A stretch of DNA of 28,299 nucleotides from Parcubacteria group bacterium CG2_30_45_37 (GTDB lineage Bacteria > Patescibacteriota > Patescibacteriia > Patescibacteriales > GWC2-42-12): positions 1 through 28,299 of the forward strand of contig MNZH01000004.1 of assembly GCA_001873515.1 (NCBI GenBank). Reading direction: 5' to 3'. Of the stretch, positions 15,895 to 27,266 are shown piece after piece; the stretch's first letter is position 1, and each line of letters begins with the position of its first letter. The notes below the pieces were generated by a model. It did no database searches. It was given only the letters and a program-made list of their open reading frames with translations, and had not been told where the DNA came from. A program made the position numbers and the translations under genes.

Positions 15895-15963
15895 GAAGTG
15901 GACGCGAATAAGGGGATAGTAAAGATTATAAGAAAAAAAGAGCGAAGAATAAATAAAATATAA
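15895..15963 (+). pseudogene. 3' remnant of a PEP-utilising enzyme mobile (phospho-His) domain gene
   Basis: Reads EVDANKGIVKIIRKKERRINKI*, matching the typical ..GD.VEVDA..G.V.I. C-terminus of that domain; no start codon or upstream homology. Confidence 0.65.
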
Positions 15964-15972
15964 TTTGGAAAT

Positions 15973-16030
15973 GGATTGCGGGTCGGGGCCGGGATGACAA
16001 AATCCCCTTAATTCCCCTTTACAAGGGGGA
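15973..16030. repeat. Two abutting short repeats: degenerate GGATT...GGATGACA half element and CCCCT..TCCCCTTTACAAGGGGG element
   Basis: 15973-15999 resembles 13320-13364; 16000-16030 resembles 16627-16658. Confidence 0.65.
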
Positions 16031-16037
16031 TAAAATT

Positions 16038-16625
16038 ATGCAAATCTTAAAAATAAACATAAATAAAATAACTCAAGAAAAGATTGATTTGATCGCGGGA
16101 TATTTAAAAAGCGGTAAAGTAATCGTTTATCCGACGGATACGGTTTACGGGCTAGGCTGCGACGCGCGCAACGCCGAAGCGATTAAGAAAATAAATAAAA
16201 TTAAAGGCGAAAAAGGCAATAAGCCGCTAATCGCCTTGATTAGTGATTTTCTAATGTTACGGCAGTATTGTTTTATTAACCAAGAGCCGGAGAAGTATTT
16301 AAAAGCAGTCTGGCCGGGGAAAGTGACGGTGATTTTAAAGCGCCGGCCGATTCTGCCCGATGAACTGACCGGCGGGCGAAATAGTCTGGCCGTCAGGTTG
16401 CCGAAAAATGATTTTTTAATTAAAATTATCAGTGAAGCCGGTTTACCGATTGTCTCTACCAGTTTAAATAAGAAAGGCGAAAAGCCTCTCTCGGAGGTAA
16501 AAAATTTAGAAAAATATTTTAAGTATTTGCCGGATTTGGCAATTGACGCGGGAACGTTGAAGGGCAAGCCGTCCAGGATAGTTGATTTAAGGGATATAAA
16601 AAATATTAAGATAATTAGGAAGTAA
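16038..16625 (+). CDS. tsaC: Threonylcarbamoyl-AMP synthase (Sua5/YrdC/TsaC)
   Basis: VIVYPTDTVYGLGCDA, INKIKG..NKPL, WPGKVTVIL, AVRLP, PIVSTSLN, PSRIVDL. Confidence 0.93.
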   Translation: MQILKININKITQEKIDLIAGYLKSGKVIVYPTDTVYGLGCDARNAEAIKKINKIKGEKGNKPLIALISDFLMLRQYCFINQEPEKYLKAVWPGKVTVILKRRPILPDELTGGRNSLAVRLPKNDFLIKIISEAGLPIVSTSLNKKGEKPLSEVKNLEKYFKYLPDLAIDAGTLKGKPSRIVDLRDIKNIKIIRK

Positions 16626-16626
16626 T

Positions 16627-16658
16627 AAAATCCCCCTGACCCCCTTTGTCAAGGGGGC
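16627..16658. repeat. CCCCCTGACCCCCTTTGTCAAGGGGG short palindromic repeat
   Basis: CCCCCTT-TGTC-AAGGGGG hairpin preceded by CCCCCT; related copies at 16000 and 7381. Confidence 0.75.
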
Positions 16659-16665
16659 ATAATTT

Positions 16666-17505
16666 ATGCTGATTGATACCCATGCCCATGTAAATTTTAA
16701 AGCCTTTCAGGCAGATGACGACGAAGTAATTCGGCGCTCTTTGGCGGCCGATACCTGGATGATTTTAGTTGGTTCGGAAGTAAAAACTTCCAAGCGCGCC
16801 TTAGAATACGCGAATAAGTATGAAAAGGGGGTTTACGCCGCGGTCGGCCTGCATCCCATGCATACGCGCGAGCAGAAAGTTGAAGGCGAAGATTATAATT
16901 TTATAACCCGCGAAGAAGAATTCAGCTATGACGTTTATGAGAAGCTGGCGCAGTTTAAAAAAGTCGTGGCCGTGGGCGAAATCGGTTTGGATTATTATCA
17001 TCTTGATTACGCGACCGACATGGCTGCTCTTAAGCGAAAACAAAAACAAATTTTTACCCGCCAGCTTGAGCTGGCAAAAAATTTAAAGCTGCCGGTGATT
17101 ATCCATTGCCGCCAGGCGCATGACGACATGCTGGAAATTTTAAAAGCTTTTAAAAAAGACCATAAAGACAGCTTGCCCAAGGACAAAGCCTGGGGCGTGA
17201 TGCATTGTTTTTCCGGCGACGAAGAATTGGCCTGGCAGTATTTTAAGCTGGGATTAAATATTTCTTTTACCGGTTTAATTACCTTTTCCGCGCAATGGGA
17301 TGATTTAATCCGGCGCCTGCCTAATGATAAATTCATGGTGGAGACCGATTGTCCTTATATGACGCCGGAACCATTTCGCGGCCGGCGCAACGAGCCGTTG
17401 TTCGTTAAAAAAGTGGCGGAGAGGATCGCGGAAATCAAGAATTTAAGCCTAGAAAAAATCTCTGAAATTACGACAAATAACGCTAAAATACTATTTAATA
17501 TTTAA
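16666..17505 (+). CDS. tatD: TatD family deoxyribonuclease
   Basis: IDTHAH, GLHP, AVGEIGLDY, IIHCRQA, HCFSG, ETDCPY. Confidence 0.95.
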   Translation: MLIDTHAHVNFKAFQADDDEVIRRSLAADTWMILVGSEVKTSKRALEYANKYEKGVYAAVGLHPMHTREQKVEGEDYNFITREEEFSYDVYEKLAQFKKVVAVGEIGLDYYHLDYATDMAALKRKQKQIFTRQLELAKNLKLPVIIHCRQAHDDMLEILKAFKKDHKDSLPKDKAWGVMHCFSGDEELAWQYFKLGLNISFTGLITFSAQWDDLIRRLPNDKFMVETDCPYMTPEPFRGRRNEPLFVKKVAERIAEIKNLSLEKISEITTNNAKILFNI

Positions 17506-17536
17506 TCAGCCCGGTAAATTAAAAATAAATTAAGCA

Positions 17537-17565
17537 TTGACTTTTAGTTTTATCCAGTATAAAAT
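17537..17565 (+). promoter_or_regulatory. sigma70-type promoter of the atp operon
   Basis: TTGACT, 17 nt spacer, TAAAAT. Confidence 0.7.
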
Positions 17566-17597
17566 AATGGTGGATAAGTTAGGCGGTTTATGGATAA
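17550..17597. promoter_or_regulatory. Three DnaA-box-like nonamers overlapping the atp promoter
   Basis: TTATCCAGT (+, 17550-17558, 7/9), TTATCCACC (-, 17569-17577, 8/9), TTATCCATA (-, 17589-17597, 8/9) versus TTATCCACA. Confidence 0.45.
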
Positions 17598-17614
17598 AAT
17601 TTAACATATTATGA

Positions 17615-17707
17615 ACTCCGTTAGAATTTGGCCAGTATATTTTTTTAGAAGCGCGAAGGATTAAATATTACTATAATGAGAAAACAAAATAAAGTTTCTA
17701 ACGGGGT
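17615..17707. repeat. ACTCCGTTAGAA...TTCTAACGGGGT palindromic element spanning the start of the first atp gene
   Basis: 12 bp terminal IR with one G-T pair; same ACYCCGT/ACGGGGT ends as 10301-10418. Confidence 0.8.
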
Positions 17708-17957
17708 AAAAAAACAAGCCTGGTGGCAGCCGGCGATATTAATGTTTTTCAGGCTGTCTGTCTGGATCGCGGTTCCGATAATTATCGCTTTATTCGTCGG
17801 TAAATGGCTGGATAAAAAATATCAGAGCGAGCCCTGGCTTTTTTTATTGTCAATCGGCCTGGCTTTTATTGTTTCGTTGTCAGGCTTAATTAAAAATACG
17901 ATTGCTGAATATAAAAAAATTGAAGAAGCCGAAAGAACCAAGATAAATAAAAAATAA
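17676..17957 (+). CDS. AtpZ/AtpI family membrane protein (ATP synthase gene 1)
   Basis: Two TM helices with GKWLDKKYQSEPW; first position in the atp operon. Confidence 0.85.
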   Translation: MRKQNKVSNGVKKQAWWQPAILMFFRLSVWIAVPIIIALFVGKWLDKKYQSEPWLFLLSIGLAFIVSLSGLIKNTIAEYKKIEEAERTKINKK

Positions 17958-17998
17958 ATTCGGATAAATTTTTACCCTGATTTTTTTGTTTTTCCATT

Positions 17999-18820
17999 AT
18001 GTCAGCCAACGCCAGCCAAATTACCAGCGAACATACCCTATACGCCGAACCCGTTTTGACCATCGGCGGATTTACGGCAACCAATTCTTTTCTTAATTCC
18101 TTGCTGGTAATTTTCATCGTCGCGATCTTCGCTTTATTTTTTAAATCAAAAATTAAGCCGGTGCCGCGGGGATTGCAGAACGGAGTTGAGGCGGCCATTG
18201 AGTCTCTTTTGGATGTTTTTGATTCGGTTACCGGTTCTAGAGAAAAAACTTTGAAATTTTTTCCGATAATTTTCAGTTTTTTTGTTTTTATTCTGCTTAA
18301 TAATTGGCTGGGGCTTTTGCCCGGAGTCGGTTCAATCGGCCAAATAGTTTCCGAACACGGCGAGAAAATTTTTGTGCCTTTATTCCGCGGCGGCACGGCT
18401 GATTTAAATACCACGTTGGCTTTAGCCAGCATCGGCCTGGCCGCCAGCCATATTTTCGGCGTTATTTTTGTCGGCTGGTGGCGCTATTTAAACAAGTTTA
18501 TCAACCTTAAGGCTTTAGCGGAAATTCCCGGAAAAATTTTTAAAGAACCAACGGTTTTAATTATCAATCCGATTAAATTTTTTGTCGGTTTGCTGGAAAT
18601 AATCAGCGAAATCGCCAAATTAGCCAGCCTGTCGTTCAGGCTTTTCGGCAATGTTTTCGCCGGCGAGGTTTTATTGGCCTCCATGTCCGCTATTTTGGCT
18701 TTTGGCCTGCCGATTCCGTTTATGTTTTTAGAAATTTTAGTCGGCTTGATTCAAGCCTTGATTTTTTCCATGCTGATTTTAACATATTTAACGGTCATGA
18801 CTGCCGCGGAAGAACATTAA
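17999..18820 (+). CDS. atpB: ATP synthase Fo subunit a
   Basis: PRGLQN, NNWLGLLPG, TADLNTT, SLSFRLFGNVFAGE (essential Arg), GLIQALIF. Confidence 0.97.
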   Translation: MSANASQITSEHTLYAEPVLTIGGFTATNSFLNSLLVIFIVAIFALFFKSKIKPVPRGLQNGVEAAIESLLDVFDSVTGSREKTLKFFPIIFSFFVFILLNNWLGLLPGVGSIGQIVSEHGEKIFVPLFRGGTADLNTTLALASIGLAASHIFGVIFVGWWRYLNKFINLKALAEIPGKIFKEPTVLIINPIKFFVGLLEIISEIAKLASLSFRLFGNVFAGEVLLASMSAILAFGLPIPFMFLEILVGLIQALIFSMLILTYLTVMTAAEEH

Positions 18821-18885
18821 AGCGTAAAATTAATTATTTATAATATAAATTTTTGAAGATGAGATTTGAATTTTGGCGAGCTTAA

Positions 18886-19140
<255 letters not shown>

Positions 19141-19165
19141 GTTAACGATTTAGTAATTTAGCGGA

Positions 19166-19192
19166 CTGTCCCGGGCGCGATGTTCGGGACAG
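19166..19192 (+). other. GC-rich hairpin between atpE and atpF (mRNA stabiliser or partial terminator)
   Basis: CTGTCCCGG-N9-TCGGGACAG, no T tract. Confidence 0.5.
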
Positions 19193-19225
19193 GGGCGAAA
19201 TTATTATTTTTTAAATTTATTATTT

Positions 19226-19714
19226 ATGGGCAGTTTAATAGATACATTTCATATTGATATCAGGCTATTAGCCGCCCAAGCGGTTAATTTTGCCATTGTT
19301 TTTTTAATTCTTTATTTTTTTATTTTTAAACCTTTGTCAAAAGTAATGGCGGACCGTTCGGCCAAAATCGCTAAAAGCTTGGCGGACGCCGAGGAGATTG
19401 ACAGAAAATTAGCTGAAGCGGAGAATAAATATAAAGTAAGGCTTGCCGAGGCCAAAAAGGAAGCCAATTTAATTTTAGATAAAGTCAACCGTCAAGCCGA
19501 AGAAAACAAGCAGGCGATGATAATTCGGGCCAAAGAAGAAATCGGACAGATAATTAACCAAGAAAAGCAAAAAATGCAGGTAGAAAAGGCGGCCACGCTT
19601 AAAGAAATTAAAAAAGAAACAGCAGGCTTGGTAATCGCGGCCGTGGAAAAAGTTTTGGGCGAAAAAATGGACGGGAAAAAAGACGGAGAGATGATTAAGC
19701 AGATGATAAAATAA
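19226..19714 (+). CDS. atpF: ATP synthase Fo subunit b
   Basis: N-terminal TM (AQAVNFAIVFLILYFFIFKP) and long charged helix. Confidence 0.95.
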   Translation: MGSLIDTFHIDIRLLAAQAVNFAIVFLILYFFIFKPLSKVMADRSAKIAKSLADAEEIDRKLAEAENKYKVRLAEAKKEANLILDKVNRQAEENKQAMIIRAKEEIGQIINQEKQKMQVEKAATLKEIKKETAGLVIAAVEKVLGEKMDGKKDGEMIKQMIK

Positions 19715-20115
19715 TGAAAATTACGGCTAAACAATTCGCCTTGAGCTTGTATGAAGCGGTAACGGGAAAACCGGCCGCTCAAGTTAAGAGCGTGATAAAA
19801 AAATTCGTTGAACTTTTAGCTGAGAAAAACATGTTGAGTCTGGCGGATAAAATCGTTGCCCAGTTTGTAAAAATATGGAATGAGAAGCGCGGCATCGTGG
19901 AGACGGAAGTAGTGAGCGCCAACAACCTTAATAAAGAAACAATTAAATTATTAAAAAATTATATTATTAAATTATCAGGCGTTAAAGAGGTTGTAGTGGA
20001 TGTGAAAGCGAATAAAGGTTTATTAAGCGGAGTGATAATACGATATGGCGATAGAGTCTTGGACGGCAGCCTTAAGACGCGGTTAGAGGAATTAAAAAGC
20101 GAGTTAATTAAATAA
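19714..20115 (+). CDS. atpH: ATP synthase F1 subunit delta (short form)
   Basis: Operon position; C-terminal [18 protein letters not shown]. Confidence 0.9.
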   Translation: MKITAKQFALSLYEAVTGKPAAQVKSVIKKFVELLAEKNMLSLADKIVAQFVKIWNEKRGIVETEVVSANNLNKETIKLLKNYIIKLSGVKEVVVDVKANKGLLSGVIIRYGDRVLDGSLKTRLEELKSELIK

Positions 20116-20131
20116 TTTTAGAATTTATTAT

Positions 20132-21661
20132 ATGTCTACCAAAGATTTTATTATTGAACAATTAAAAGAGCAAATCGCCGATTTTAAAGTTAAAGCCAAG
20201 CAAGAAACCGTGGGCCGGGTGATTGAAGTCGGCGACGGTATCGCCAGAATTGAAGGCGTTTCCGATGTCATGATGTCGGAGATGCTTGAATTTAAGACTT
20301 CTAAGGGCTCGGTCTATGGCGTGGCTTTGAATTTAGAAGAAGATCGCGTTGGCGCCATAATTTTAGGCGATTATCTCGGAATTAAACAAGGCGACGAAGT
20401 AAAATGCTTAAAAAGAATTTTGGAGGCGCCGGTAGGCGAAAGCTTGGTCGGCCGGGTAGTTAACCCGCTAGGCGAGCCGCTTGACGGCAAAGGCGAAATC
20501 GCGGCCGTGAAACATTATCCGGTGGAAAAAATCGCTCCGGGCGTAATTACCCGCGAATCGGTTAAACAGCCGGTGCAGACCGGCATTAAAGTCATTGACG
20601 CGATTATTCCGATCGGCCGCGGCCAGCGCGAATTGATTATCGGCGACCGCCAAATCGGCAAAAGCGCCATCGCTATTGATACGATTATCAACCAGAAAGG
20701 CCAAAAGATGAAATGCGTTTATGTGGCGATCGGCCAAAAAGAATCAAAGGTGGCCGGCCTGGTGGCCAAACTGGAACAGTGCGGCGCCATGGAATATACC
20801 ATCGTGGTTTTGGCCGGCGCTTCGGACCCGGCGTCGCTACTCTACATCGCGCCTTACGCCGGCTGCGCCATGGCCGAATATTTTTTAGATAAAGGCGAAG
20901 ATGTTTTAATCGTTTACGATGATTTGTCAAAACACGCGGTGTCTTATCGTGAAATTTCCCTGCTGTTGCGCCGGCCGCCCGGGCGTGAAGCTTATCCGGG
21001 CGATATCTTTTATCTGCATTCCCGCCTCCTGGAACGCGCTTGCAAATTAAATAAGGATTTTGGCGGCGGCTCGATTACGGCTTTACCAATTATTGAAACC
21101 CAGGCCGGCGACATGTCGGCCTATATTCCGACCAATGTTATTTCCATTACCGACGGGCAGATTTATTTAATGCCGGAATTATTTTATCAGGGTAGCCGCC
21201 CGGCCGTGGACGCCGGCCTGTCGGTGTCGCGCGTGGGCTCAAGCGCCCAGATTAAGGCCATGAAAAAAGTGGCCGGCAAAATGAAGCTGGAAGCCGCCCA
21301 ATTCCGGGAATTGGCCGCTTTCGTCCAATTTGGCTCGGACTTGGACAAAGACACCAAGGCCAAGCTGGAACGCGGCAAGAGGCTTTCCGAAATCTTTAAG
21401 CAGGGCCAATATAGCCCGGTGCCGGCGGCTAATCAGGTGCTGATTTTTTACGCTTTAATTAACGGCTTGGCCGACGACGTGCCGGTGGAAAAAATTTCCG
21501 ACTTTGAAACGGGGTTGTTTAAATACGCGGCTGTCTCTGGCGCGAAAATTTTAAAAGAAATCAGTGAGAAGCAGGATCTTAATGATGAGCTGGAAAAGAA
21601 GATGAAGGAGCTGATAAATGACTATAAAGATAGCGAAATATGGCTTCGTCAAGAGACATAA
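20132..21661 (+). CDS. atpA: ATP synthase F1 subunit alpha
   Basis: [47 protein letters not shown]. Confidence 0.98.
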   Translation: MSTKDFIIEQLKEQIADFKVKAKQETVGRVIEVGDGIARIEGVSDVMMSEMLEFKTSKGSVYGVALNLEEDRVGAIILGDYLGIKQGDEVKCLKRILEAPVGESLVGRVVNPLGEPLDGKGEIAAVKHYPVEKIAPGVITRESVKQPVQTGIKVIDAIIPIGRGQRELIIGDRQIGKSAIAIDTIINQKGQKMKCVYVAIGQKESKVAGLVAKLEQCGAMEYTIVVLAGASDPASLLYIAPYAGCAMAEYFLDKGEDVLIVYDDLSKHAVSYREISLLLRRPPGREAYPGDIFYLHSRLLERACKLNKDFGGGSITALPIIETQAGDMSAYIPTNVISITDGQIYLMPELFYQGSRPAVDAGLSVSRVGSSAQIKAMKKVAGKMKLEAAQFRELAAFVQFGSDLDKDTKAKLERGKRLSEIFKQGQYSPVPAANQVLIFYALINGLADDVPVEKISDFETGLFKYAAVSGAKILKEISEKQDLNDELEKKMKELINDYKDSEIWLRQET

Positions 21662-22599
21662 AAAACAGAATCAAATCCATCGGCAACACCAAAAAAATTA
21701 CCCGCGCCATGGAAATGGTGTCGGCCGCTAAAATGCGCAAAGCCATTGAAGCGGTACTTAAAACCCGGTCTTACGCCAATTTAAGCTGGTCAACGGTTTT
21801 AAATTTGGCCAAAGCCGGCAATGGTCAGAACGGCCAGGCTTTGCATCCTTTGCTGATTAAAAGAAAACCGGCCGAGAAGGTGGCGCTGATTTTGATTACC
21901 TCTAATCGCGGGCTCTGCGGCGGCTTTAATTCGGCCATAGTAAAAAAAGCCGTTGAATCAATCAAGCGGCACCAGGCGAGCAGCCACGAATTTATTTTAA
22001 TCGGTAAAAAAGGGGCGGCCGCGCATAAAAATTTTGGTTTTGAGGTAGCGGCCGATTTTCCTAAACTGGATTATATTAACGAGGTTAAGGAAGTCGTGCC
22101 GGCGGCGCGCCTGGTGATTAACGATTATTTGGCCGGCAGATACGATAAAGTTATGGTGGCTTACACCGATTATGTTAACGCGGCCAAGCAGATTCCCCGG
22201 GTCAAGCAGCTTTTACCCATTGAAATCGATGAAACGGAAAAATATCTGGGCATTGTCGGCCAAGATACCAGACTGGGCGCGGGCCAAGAGTTTGTGGCGG
22301 AAAAAGAAAAACAGCACCTAACCCACGGCGAATTTATTTATGAATACACTTTTGAACCCAGCCCGGCAGAAGTTTTGGATGAAATGCTGCCGCGCTTGAT
22401 TGAAATTCAGCTTTATCAGGCTTTGTTGGAGTCCAACGCCTCCGAGCATTCGGCGCGCATGACCGCCATGCACCAGGCCACGGAAGCGGCCGGCGACATG
22501 GTAGGCGAATTGACGCTGTCATTTAACAAAGCCCGGCAAGCCAGCATCACTTTGGAGATTGCCGAAATTAGCGCGGGCGCGAACGCGTTGGCGGAGTAA
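21640..22599 (+). CDS. atpG: ATP synthase F1 subunit gamma
   Basis: [44 protein letters not shown]. Confidence 0.97.
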   Translation: MASSRDIKNRIKSIGNTKKITRAMEMVSAAKMRKAIEAVLKTRSYANLSWSTVLNLAKAGNGQNGQALHPLLIKRKPAEKVALILITSNRGLCGGFNSAIVKKAVESIKRHQASSHEFILIGKKGAAAHKNFGFEVAADFPKLDYINEVKEVVPAARLVINDYLAGRYDKVMVAYTDYVNAAKQIPRVKQLLPIEIDETEKYLGIVGQDTRLGAGQEFVAEKEKQHLTHGEFIYEYTFEPSPAEVLDEMLPRLIEIQLYQALLESNASEHSARMTAMHQATEAAGDMVGELTLSFNKARQASITLEIAEISAGANALAE

Positions 22600-22620
22600 A
22601 AATATTCATTATTCAATTAA

Positions 22621-24009
<1,389 letters not shown>

Positions 24010-24022
24010 AAAATTTATATTT

Positions 24023-24460
24023 ATGACTGACAAATACATCCAATTTGAAATTGTCACGCCCGAACGTGTCGTGTTTAAAGAGGAGATAAGCCAGATTACT
24101 CTGCCCACTAAAATGGGTGAGATTACGGTTCTGCCCAACCATATTCCTTTGGTTTCGGCGTTACTGCCGGGCGTGGTTCATGCTAAAAAAACAAATGGCG
24201 AAGATGAAATTATTTCCATTTCCGGCGGCTTTTTGGAGGTCTTAAAAGATAAAGTGGTAATTTTGGCGGACACAGCCGAACGCGCCGAAGAGTTAGATGT
24301 ATCACGGCTGGAAGCGGCCAGGCAGCGCGCCGAGGAGTTAAAAGAAAAAGCGCGCCGAGGAGAAAAGGTTAATTTCGCCGAAGTTAACGCCGCGATTGAG
24401 CGCGAGCTGGCCAGGATCAAGGCGGTTAAAAGATGGAGGAAATTGAAAAATATAGAATAA
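24023..24460 (+). CDS. atpC: ATP synthase F1 subunit epsilon
   Basis: EIVTPER, GEITVLPNHIP, SGGFLEV, ILADTAE and C-terminal helices; start moved to ATG 24023. Confidence 0.96.
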   Translation: MTDKYIQFEIVTPERVVFKEEISQITLPTKMGEITVLPNHIPLVSALLPGVVHAKKTNGEDEIISISGGFLEVLKDKVVILADTAERAEELDVSRLEAARQRAEELKEKARRGEKVNFAEVNAAIERELARIKAVKRWRKLKNIE

Positions 24461-24477
24461 AAAAATAATAAAACAAT

Positions 24478-24909
24478 ATGGAAAATTCAGATATTAAAAA
24501 CATTAATAAACTTATGGAGACTAACATGGAGAAAATTAAAGAAATCGCAAGGAGTAATTTTTTAATTTGGAATCAAGCTCTCAAGACCGGTGATCAAAAG
24601 AAAGTGGCTGAACTTTACGCGGAGGGTGCGACTTTCTTGCCGACTGTTTCGGGTGAGTTTAAAAAAGGCCGGAGCGGAGCAGAGGAATATTTTAAGCATT
24701 TTCTTGAAAAAAATCCTACCGGCGAGATTGTTGATGACGAAGTTCAAATTCTTGGGTCTGATATTTATTTGCACTCAGGAATGTACAATTTTGAATTGGG
24801 GCCTGATGATAAGAGAGATATTGTTAAGGCTAGATTTTCTTATGTTGTTAAATTAAAGGAAGATGGCAGTTTTGAAATTTTGCACCACCATTCATCAATC
24901 AAGCCGTAA
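24478..24909 (+). CDS. NTF2/SnoaL-like (SgcJ/EcaC, CaMKII association-domain-like) protein
   Basis: WNQAL..GD...VAELYA..ATFLPTVS, ARFSYV, ILHHHSS; AT-rich; true start could be a downstream ATG. Confidence 0.8.
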   Translation: MENSDIKNINKLMETNMEKIKEIARSNFLIWNQALKTGDQKKVAELYAEGATFLPTVSGEFKKGRSGAEEYFKHFLEKNPTGEIVDDEVQILGSDIYLHSGMYNFELGPDDKRDIVKARFSYVVKLKEDGSFEILHHHSSIKP

Positions 24910-25012
24910 CAAAAATATTACATAATAATAGATTTTCCATATTTAGCGACCTATCTTTTGCTTAGTCGTTTTTTATTAAAAATTAGGCCAAATTTAAGCC
25001 AAATTTAAAGAC

Positions 25013-25041
25013 TTGACAATTGTTTTAAGGACGGCTAAAAT
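25013..25041 (+). promoter_or_regulatory. sigma70-type promoter of groESL
   Basis: TTGACA, 17 nt spacer, TAAAAT. Confidence 0.85.
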
Positions 25042-25053
25042 ACAATATATAGA

Positions 25054-25080
25054 TTAGCGCTTGAATTAAGAGAGTGCTAA
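25054..25080. promoter_or_regulatory. CIRCE element (HrcA operator)
   Basis: TTAGCGCTT-N9-GAGTGCTAA versus consensus TTAGCACTC-N9-GAGTGCTAA, just downstream of the groESL promoter. Confidence 0.9.
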
Positions 25081-25100
25081 AAAAAAATAATTAATTTTAC

Positions 25101-25193
25101 TGTCATTGCGAGGAGCGTCAGCGACGCGGCAATCTCCGGTAAATCGCTACGAACCTGAGATTGCTTCGCTCCTTTCAGTCGCTCGCAATGACA
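25101..25193. repeat. REP/RPE-like palindromic element, TGTCATTGCGAG family (copy 2), in the groES 5' UTR
   Basis: Same terminal and internal IRs as 5745-5889, with a 20 bp spacer. Confidence 0.9.
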
Positions 25194-25205
25194 AACTTGT
25201 ATTTT

Positions 25206-25496
25206 ATGAAATTAAAACCTTTGCATGACCACTTAGTGGTTAAGCCGATCACCGAAGATGAAGTTACAAAATCCGGCATAGTTCTGCCTGATACCGTAGA
25301 CAAAGAAAAGCCGGAAAAAGGCGAAGTCGTGGCCGTGGGCCAGGGCAAGCTCCTGGAAAACGGCCAGCGCGCGCCCATGAGCGTTAAAGTCGGGGACAAA
25401 GTTATGTTTAAGAAATATTCTCCGGACGAAATAAAAGTTGACGGCGTGGAATATTTGATAATTTCCGAAAGCGATATTTTGGGGATTTTAGAATAA
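25206..25496 (+). CDS. groES: Co-chaperonin GroES
   Basis: MKLKPLHDHLVV, TKSGIVLPD, GEVVAVGQG, VKVGDKV; start at ATG 25206 (the longer ORF reads through the repeat). Confidence 0.97.
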   Translation: MKLKPLHDHLVVKPITEDEVTKSGIVLPDTVDKEKPEKGEVVAVGQGKLLENGQRAPMSVKVGDKVMFKKYSPDEIKVDGVEYLIISESDILGILE

Positions 25497-27173
<1,677 letters not shown>

Positions 27174-27176
<3 letters not shown>

Positions 27177-27199
27177 TCCTTCGCCAAGGCTACGGACTA
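27174..27199. repeat. Short palindromic element overlapping the groEL stop
   Basis: TAGTCC-TTCGCCAAGGCTAC-GGACTA; same architecture as 8940-8965. Confidence 0.7.
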
Positions 27200-27216
27200 T
27201 AAAATATTAAATTTAA

Positions 27217-27255
27217 GACACTCGGTTTCAATGGACACCGGGTGCCTTTTGTTTT
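27217..27255 (+). terminator. Probable intrinsic terminator of groESL
   Basis: CACTCGGT-N10-ACCGGGTG stem followed by CCTTTTGTTTT. Confidence 0.65.
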
Positions 27256-27266
27256 ATAATAACAGC

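Noticed and set aside
21640-21661. 22 nt atpA/atpG overlap
   Set aside because: Both proteins are full length; short overlaps are ordinary translational coupling.
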